Source: Candidatus Omnitrophota bacterium
Lineage (GTDB): Bacteria; Omnitrophota; Gorgyraeia; Zapsychrales; Fredricksoniimonadaceae
Direction of reading: 5' to 3'
Assembly: GCA_903944345.1 (NCBI GenBank)
Contig: CAJARJ010000015.1
Span: 70,433 to 134,432, forward strand
DNA: 64,000 nucleotides
Made by a program: the position numbers and the translations under genes. Within the stretch, counting starts at the first letter, position 1, and every line of letters starts with the position of its first letter. Under the pieces are notes generated by a model. The model worked only from the letters and a program-made list of their open reading frames with translations, was not told the origin of the DNA and did not search any database. Below are positions 59,082 to 64,000 of this stretch, piece after piece.

Positions 59082-61932
59082 CTACCGCCCCCCCCGCGCG
59101 TATAGGTAAAATTATTTTGACCATTGTCCCCTTTCCCTTATCGCTTTCAACGGTTATCGATCCGGCATGTAACATGACTAATCGATGACATACCGCAAGT
59201 CCAAGGCCCGTGCCTGTTGTTTTTGTAGTAAAAAACGGGGCAAAAACCTTCTCCAGGTTTTCCTTGTCAATCCCTTCCCCATTATCTTTTATCATTATAG
59301 CAACACCGGAATCATTAACCCGGGACTCGATATTTATTATACCGCCATCCTTATTCAACGCGTCAAAAGCGTTATTCAAGACATTACTGAACACTTCTTT
59401 CATTTGAAGATAATCCGCTTCTATGAAAATCCCTTCCGATGGATCTGTTTTCACATTAACAGCTGTGGCTTGACCCGGAAACCTTCCCGTCACCTCATCA
59501 ATACATTCTTGAAGAACACCGTTAATTTTGACAGGCTGGAATCGGACCGTCTTAATCTTCGAATACGATAAAACATTGTTTATGATCTGATCAGCCTCTG
59601 AAATTCTCTTGTCGATAGTACTTAAATCCTCCTGGATCCGCGGATCCTTGATCATTTTCTTGATATGGTAGGCTGACAATCCTACGGCTGCTAATGGGTT
59701 GCGCAGCTCGTGAGCGACGGTCGATGCTAATACTCCAATATCCGCGAGACGTTTTGCGCGTTCCAATTCTATTTGCGTCACAGCAAGGTCATGCGCTTGT
59801 TCTTTGACCAAGATTTTTAATGTCTCTTCATCTCGCTTCAAAATTTCTTCGGCTTCTTTTCGAATTGTAATGTCTGTGGACGTACCCACCAAACGGGTAA
59901 ACTTTGCATCCCCGTCAAAAGACGCTTCCCCGCTCTCCTCCAGTACTGCCAGCGCACCATCGCCGCGCACTATTCGATATTCAACCAAATAATTATTCAT
60001 GCCTGGTTTAAGGGCTTTCAGCGTATTAACAAACCGCTCGCGATCATCAGGATGAACGCGTAGAAAATACTTCCGACCGGTATCAGTTTGTGCCTCTTCT
60101 GCTGACAGCCCCAGAACAGGTCCACAGCTTTCCGAGCGAACAACCCTATCGCTGACCGGATCCCATTCAAACGCGAAGGAATGGCTAACCCGCAGGGCTA
60201 TCTGCATCCTTTTCTCGCTCTCTGCCAGCACTTCTTCGGCATGCTTGCGGGCAGTAATATCCGTTGAGATTCCACCGACGGCGTATATCTTTCCCGCCAC
60301 GTCGCGCAGGGGAAACTTCGTCGTCAGCCACGTAATTGAGCAGCCCGGAAACTTGCTCTGCTCCTCGAAGTCCAGCGTCCGTCCCGCCTCAATCACCTTG
60401 CGATCGTTGGCCTCATGCCAGTCAGCGTCAGCCTGCGGCATGAAGTCGCTGCGGCGCTTGCCGATCATCTGGTCCGGCGTGGAGTTAAGTAGTTGGGCGA
60501 TGGCGGCATTAGCCAACACAAACCTTCCTTCCAGATCGAAGGCATAGACAATGGCCGTCGCGTTATCAATGATATTCTGGATCTGCCGGTGCGCCGCGGC
60601 CAGCGATTCCTCGTCCTTCGCATGCTTCGCGCGTAATCTTATGATTGATATTCCATAAGCAATGTCATTGGCCAATTCAGAAAGCAATTGCACTTCTTTT
60701 TCCAGAAAAGGATCCGGTTCTTTTGAATATATAGTTATTGCGCCGAGAGTGGAATTGCTCTCAATTAAGGGAAGAGCTATTGAAGAGGCATAACCTCTTT
60801 TTATTGCTTCCTCGCGCCAAGGTTCCATTTTGGGATCCGTCAGCATGTTTCTGCAAACACAAAATTCTCCGGTGCGAATGGCCATCCCTGTCGGCCCACG
60901 GCCGTGCTCCGTATCCGCCCAGTTAATGTTCACTATTTTCAGATACCCTTCGCCAAACCCCGCCTGTGCGACCGGCCGCACTGTTTTAACTTCATCGTTT
61001 TCGGAAAATCCGACCCAAACCATAACGTAACCGAAATTCTCGACAATTATTTTACAAACTTCGTTCAGATAATCCGCCTCATTGCTGGCGCGCAGCATGA
61101 CCTTATCCAAATCGCTAAGCGCCTTAAGCGCCCTGTTGAGCTTTCTAAGCTCTACTTCGTTCTGGCGGAGGGCATTCTCATTACGTTTGCGATCGGTGAT
61201 GTCCTGCGAAATACCGAAGCCGCCAAGCAGCACGCCTGCGGCGTCGAACTCGAGATACGCCTTCTCGCGCACCCATCTCACCTCCCCGTCTACGATGAGG
61301 CGATGCTCGATGTCGTAGGGCTCGCCACGCATGCCTGCCTGCCACTGGGCGTCCACGTATTGGCGATCATCGGGATGGATGCATCCCAGAAAGGTCTCAT
61401 AGGTCAGCGGCGTCCCCATGGGCAGACCGAAAATGCGGTAATTTTCGTCGGACCACGTCAAGATATTGTGCTGCATGTTAAGTCGCCACGAGCCGATCTG
61501 CGCAACGGTCTGGGCACGGGCGAAGTCCTCGCGGCTCTCGCGCAGCTGCTCCCGAATGCCCCTGCTTTTGGTGATATCGATACAAATGCCGCTCATGCGC
61601 ACGGCGTCGCCCTTTTCATCGTAAACTGTACTGCCCTTGGAATTTATCCAGCGGACCTCACCTGTAGGCAAAACGACCCTGTACTCGCTGTCAAGAGGGG
61701 CCCGATCTTTAATGGCTTCTTCGATCATGGACTGTGCAAACTGAATATCTTCCGGGTGCAACACGCTGTTCCACAAGTCAAAGCTGGCTTGAGTCTTCGC
61801 TGGATCAAGACCAAATAGAAAAAATAATTCCGACGACCAATGGATCTTGCCGCTTCTGATATCCCAATCCCAGACACCGGCACCGGCTGCTGTTTGCGCG
61901 AACCTTAACCGCTCTTCGTTCTTCCGCAGCAA
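59053..61932 (-). CDS. Multi-PAS/GAF sensor histidine kinase (C-terminal portion of a probably disrupted larger gene)
   Basis: At least four PAS/PAC modules, a GAF domain, HisKA (VAHELRNPLAAV) and HATPase_c (GTGLGLAVCHRLV). The ORF begins with TTG and has no RBS. Its reading frame continues upstream as ...LDITERKHSEEL, the end of a PAC motif. Confidence 0.75.
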   Translation of the reverse strand: MLRKNEERLRFAQTAAGAGVWDWDIRSGKIHWSSELFFLFGLDPAKTQASFDLWNSVLHPEDIQFAQSMIEEAIKDRAPLDSEYRVVLPTGEVRWINSKGSTVYDEKGDAVRMSGICIDITKSRGIREQLRESREDFARAQTVAQIGSWRLNMQHNILTWSDENYRIFGLPMGTPLTYETFLGCIHPDDRQYVDAQWQAGMRGEPYDIEHRLIVDGEVRWVREKAYLEFDAAGVLLGGFGISQDITDRKRNENALRQNEVELRKLNRALKALSDLDKVMLRASNEADYLNEVCKIIVENFGYVMVWVGFSENDEVKTVRPVAQAGFGEGYLKIVNINWADTEHGRGPTGMAIRTGEFCVCRNMLTDPKMEPWREEAIKRGYASSIALPLIESNSTLGAITIYSKEPDPFLEKEVQLLSELANDIAYGISIIRLRAKHAKDEESLAAAHRQIQNIIDNATAIVYAFDLEGRFVLANAAIAQLLNSTPDQMIGKRRSDFMPQADADWHEANDRKVIEAGRTLDFEEQSKFPGCSITWLTTKFPLRDVAGKIYAVGGISTDITARKHAEEVLAESEKRMQIALRVSHSFAFEWDPVSDRVVRSESCGPVLGLSAEEAQTDTGRKYFLRVHPDDRERFVNTLKALKPGMNNYLVEYRIVRGDGALAVLEESGEASFDGDAKFTRLVGTSTDITIRKEAEEILKRDEETLKILVKEQAHDLAVTQIELERAKRLADIGVLASTVAHELRNPLAAVGLSAYHIKKMIKDPRIQEDLSTIDKRISEADQIINNVLSYSKIKTVRFQPVKINGVLQECIDEVTGRFPGQATAVNVKTDPSEGIFIEADYLQMKEVFSNVLNNAFDALNKDGGIINIESRVNDSGVAIMIKDNGEGIDKENLEKVFAPFFTTKTTGTGLGLAVCHRLVMLHAGSITVESDKGKGTMVKIILPIRAGGAVDAKRNPDSR

Positions 61933-63074
61933 TTCTTCGCTGTGTTTGCGTTCAGTAATGTCCAGCGTTGCGCCCGGTTATAGACCCAACGCACACTGCC
62001 GTCGGGTCGCACTATCCTGTGTTCCAGCTCATAGATCGAGCCGCTGCGCATGGCTGCGGTGAAGGTCTCGTGCAGCAGGGTCGCATCGTCCGGATGAATA
62101 TACCTGGCAACCATGTCCGCATATACCGGCGATTGCCCCGCCGGATTGAGTCCGTAAATGCGGAACTCCTCCTCCGACCAGATTGTGGTTTGGGTGGCGA
62201 CAATGTATTCAAAACTGCCGAGGTGCGCTATCTTCTGTCCCTCGGACTGCAGTTGGCTCATCCGCACCAGCGCCGCCTCAGCCTGCTTGCGCTCGGTAAT
62301 ATCGATATTAACACCGAACACACGAATAACCTTCCCTGCTTCATCATAGAGCGCGCCACCCTTTGTTGAAATCCAGCGGTACTCTCCTGAGGAATGACGG
62401 CCACGAAATTCAAAGTCAAACGACTTGTACTCCTTTATCGCCTTATCTCGTTTGACCTCAATTCTGCTAATGTCATCCGGGTGCACCTGTTCACGCCAAT
62501 CCTGGTATGTCTTAATGGTTCCAGGAGGCAGTCCGTACAGTTTATTAAGCTCCGGTGTGAACTCAAGCGCTCCGGACTCAACATTCCAGTCCCAAATTCC
62601 AATATTTGCGCTCTCCTGCGCCAGCCTCAGTCGCTCCTCGCTTTTGCGAAGGGCCAAGGCCTTGTCATAGTCGGCAGCCTTGTGCCGATGGTGGCGGTAG
62701 AGTTCAGCAAACACGCTCATGAAGAAGCCCATGCTAATAAAAAGCACCAACCCCACGCGTTCGACAGGCGATGCGATAGCTATCCCTTCAGGCGGGAGAA
62801 CCCAGTATGCCACAAAAAAGCCCGATAATACCGTTGCCCCCAAGCCCGGCCCGAAACCACCCAACAATGCCGTCGTCATCACCATCGGATAAAACGTAAT
62901 GTAGGTAGGCAATCCGGGGCCAATCCCCCCTGTCACCGCCTGCCGCAACCCAAAACCAGCCGCCACACCCACCAGCGACAGACTATACCGTAAAAGAAAC
63001 CGCAGAAGCAGCTGATTAGGCACACCTGCCAACAATAGATTCTCCCCTCGCAAAGTGCTTTTACTTTCTTCCAC
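61905..63074 (-). CDS. Membrane-anchored PAS/PAC sensor segment (N-terminal portion of the same disrupted histidine-kinase gene)
   Basis: TM helices followed by two PAS/PAC modules (NIDITERKQAEAAL). Start proposed at the GTG at 63074 with a GGAGGGA RBS. Ends out of frame inside a PAC motif (HRIVRPDGSVRWVYN...). Confidence 0.55.
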   Translation of the reverse strand: MEESKSTLRGENLLLAGVPNQLLLRFLLRYSLSLVGVAAGFGLRQAVTGGIGPGLPTYITFYPMVMTTALLGGFGPGLGATVLSGFFVAYWVLPPEGIAIASPVERVGLVLFISMGFFMSVFAELYRHHRHKAADYDKALALRKSEERLRLAQESANIGIWDWNVESGALEFTPELNKLYGLPPGTIKTYQDWREQVHPDDISRIEVKRDKAIKEYKSFDFEFRGRHSSGEYRWISTKGGALYDEAGKVIRVFGVNIDITERKQAEAALVRMSQLQSEGQKIAHLGSFEYIVATQTTIWSEEEFRIYGLNPAGQSPVYADMVARYIHPDDATLLHETFTAAMRSGSIYELEHRIVRPDGSVRWVYNRAQRWTLLNANTAKNCCGRTKSG

Positions 63075-63184
63075 TGAATCTCCCTCCACACATAAAAAAG
63101 ACGCAGACAAAACCCACTGCGCCTGAAATATACTCCCTAGCGGACTCTTTTCTTTAAACTTACCATGTCGATTCTCTCAACCTT

Positions 63185-63370
63185 TCAAAGCAGTGAACTT
63201 TTCAGCTTATCATCAATGTATTTTACAATATCTTCTTTTAGAATTCTATACCCGCCACGACGTCCTTCCCCGTATCCTCTCAGCTTTTTCAGTCGAACAA
63301 GCTGACGGATATACGCTTCCCCGACCTTTAAATATTCTGCCGCTTCTTTTGTCGTAAGAATATCATCCAC
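63185..63370 (-). CDS. Helix-turn-helix DNA-binding protein (excisionase/MerR-like HTH_17 family)
   Basis: LTTKEAAEYLKVGEAYIRQLVRLKKL is a typical excisionase-family HTH. 61 aa. Confidence 0.6.
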   Translation of the reverse strand: MDDILTTKEAAEYLKVGEAYIRQLVRLKKLRGYGEGRRGGYRILKEDIVKYIDDKLKSSLL

Positions 63371-63435
63371 AATAAACCCTATCTAACAGGCTTCAATTGC
63401 TTCTCATTGACTCTAATGTGATTTAATGTGGAGAG

Positions 63436-63487
63436 ATTCTATTAACCCGCTCAAAATTGGTCAATTATACCTGGGTATAACAGGCCG
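63436..63487 (-). promoter_or_regulatory. Conserved promoter family, copy g (TTGACC, 17 nt, TAGAAT)
   Basis: Minus-strand sequence cggcctgttatacccaggtataaTTGACCaattttgagcgggttaaTAGAAT. About 58 nt upstream of the HTH-protein ATG. Confidence 0.45.
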
Positions 63488-63885
63488 TATTTAATTCCAG
63501 GCTAGAACTCAGGGCAGGTCGGGGCAATATAAATACCCTATTGAGGGGCAATAAAAGAAAGACAGTGCGCATGCTTAGCCGCCCACGCCTTGTCTGACTT
63601 TTTGTACCATTGGTATTTTGTTCCCAGAAAACAGCAGAAATACTCTTTCAATCTGCTCGCCGGGTAGTTTTGTGTATTACTCCTCCCGGAAATTTCTATC
63701 CTGCCAGCTTACGTGGCAAAACTATTTCTTCTCTTTTACTTCCCGTGCCTTGTGGCATTGATGGCGAATCTCGTTTATGCCAATTTGTGGCTCTGGCAAT
63801 TTAAAATCCAACGATTCAAGCTTTTCAATTGCGGTCTTTGATTACTGATTTTGCTTCCTTCATGGCGATACTCCTTTTTTGATTG

Positions 63886-64000
63886 TTATAATTTCACGTT
63901 CCGTAGCCTCAAGGCGTTGCCGATGACCGAGACGGAACTCAAACTCATCGCGGCACCTGCAATGATCGGACTAAGCAACAAGCCGAAGAACGGGTAAAGC
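63886..64000 (-). CDS. Heavy-metal (copper) translocating P-type ATPase, 3' end (gene extends beyond the window)
   Basis: The minus strand translates to ...[37 protein letters not shown]-stop. This is the characteristic C-terminal TM8 and tail of CopA/ZntA-type P1B ATPases. Confidence 0.7.
   Translation of the reverse strand, partial: LYPFFGLLLSPIIAGAAMSLSSVSVIGNALRLRNVKL

Noticed and set aside
1-64000. Searched for CRISPR arrays, rRNA/tRNA genes, IS or transposase genes and phage genes
   Set aside because: No regularly spaced direct repeats, no cloverleaf-like or rRNA-like segments, and no transposase or integrase ORFs were recognisable. The repeated ~30-bp block is promoter-associated rather than CRISPR- or MITE-like.

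Overview
This 64-kb window is chromosomal DNA from an anaerobic, deltaproteobacterium-like organism. Nearly every gene is on the minus strand. Reading from low to high coordinates it contains: a feoA-feoB ferrous-iron uptake locus with its own DtxR-family regulator and two IdeR-like operator boxes; a thioredoxin/DsbD-like membrane oxidoreductase; a tetR-controlled RND efflux operon (OMF-MFP-RND) with a dissectable promoter and operators; a CoA-disulfide reductase with rhodanese domain; and an ACR3/BASS-type transporter. Next comes an operon of unclear function: MBL-fold hydrolase, two MinD/ParA ATPases with inserted 4Fe-4S ferredoxin domains, two NifX/NifB-like FeMo-cofactor-domain proteins and a Fur-family regulator, with a repeated 7-1-7 palindrome. 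Then a SAM methyltransferase and leuA with a leucine-rich leader peptide and attenuator hairpin; small stress proteins (CsbD, a DUF2934-DUF3309-lmo0937 operon, DUF883); an acyltransferase, a hydrolase and RsgA; arsC and an arsR-arsC fusion; and kdpFABC-kdpDE. Beyond these are an orphan receiver plus Cache histidine kinase, a 2883-aa cyclic beta-1,2-glucan synthase (NdvB/ChvB-like) with an upstream UppS paralog, a hydrolase, a phosphatase and lipid-kinase pair (the only plus-strand genes), Fe/Mn SOD, a ferritin-like protein, a 2-oxoacid:ferredoxin oxidoreductase (KorAB), an alcohol dehydrogenase, MerR with a stand-alone copy of its C-terminal domain, and an FMN reductase. The window ends with a decaying two-component system (a multi-PAS histidine kinase broken inside a PAC motif and a FixJ-type regulator with tandem stops before its HTH) and the 3' end of a P-type ATPase. 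The most striking non-genic signal is a ~30-bp conserved block fused to a sigma70-like -35/-10, present seven times and always 45-250 bp upstream of a minus-strand start codon. It sits in front of CsbD, the small-protein operon, the glucan synthase, a hydrolase, SOD, KorAB and an HTH gene, which suggests a previously undescribed co-regulated (probably stress) regulon. No CRISPR array, rRNA, tRNA or obvious mobile element was seen.
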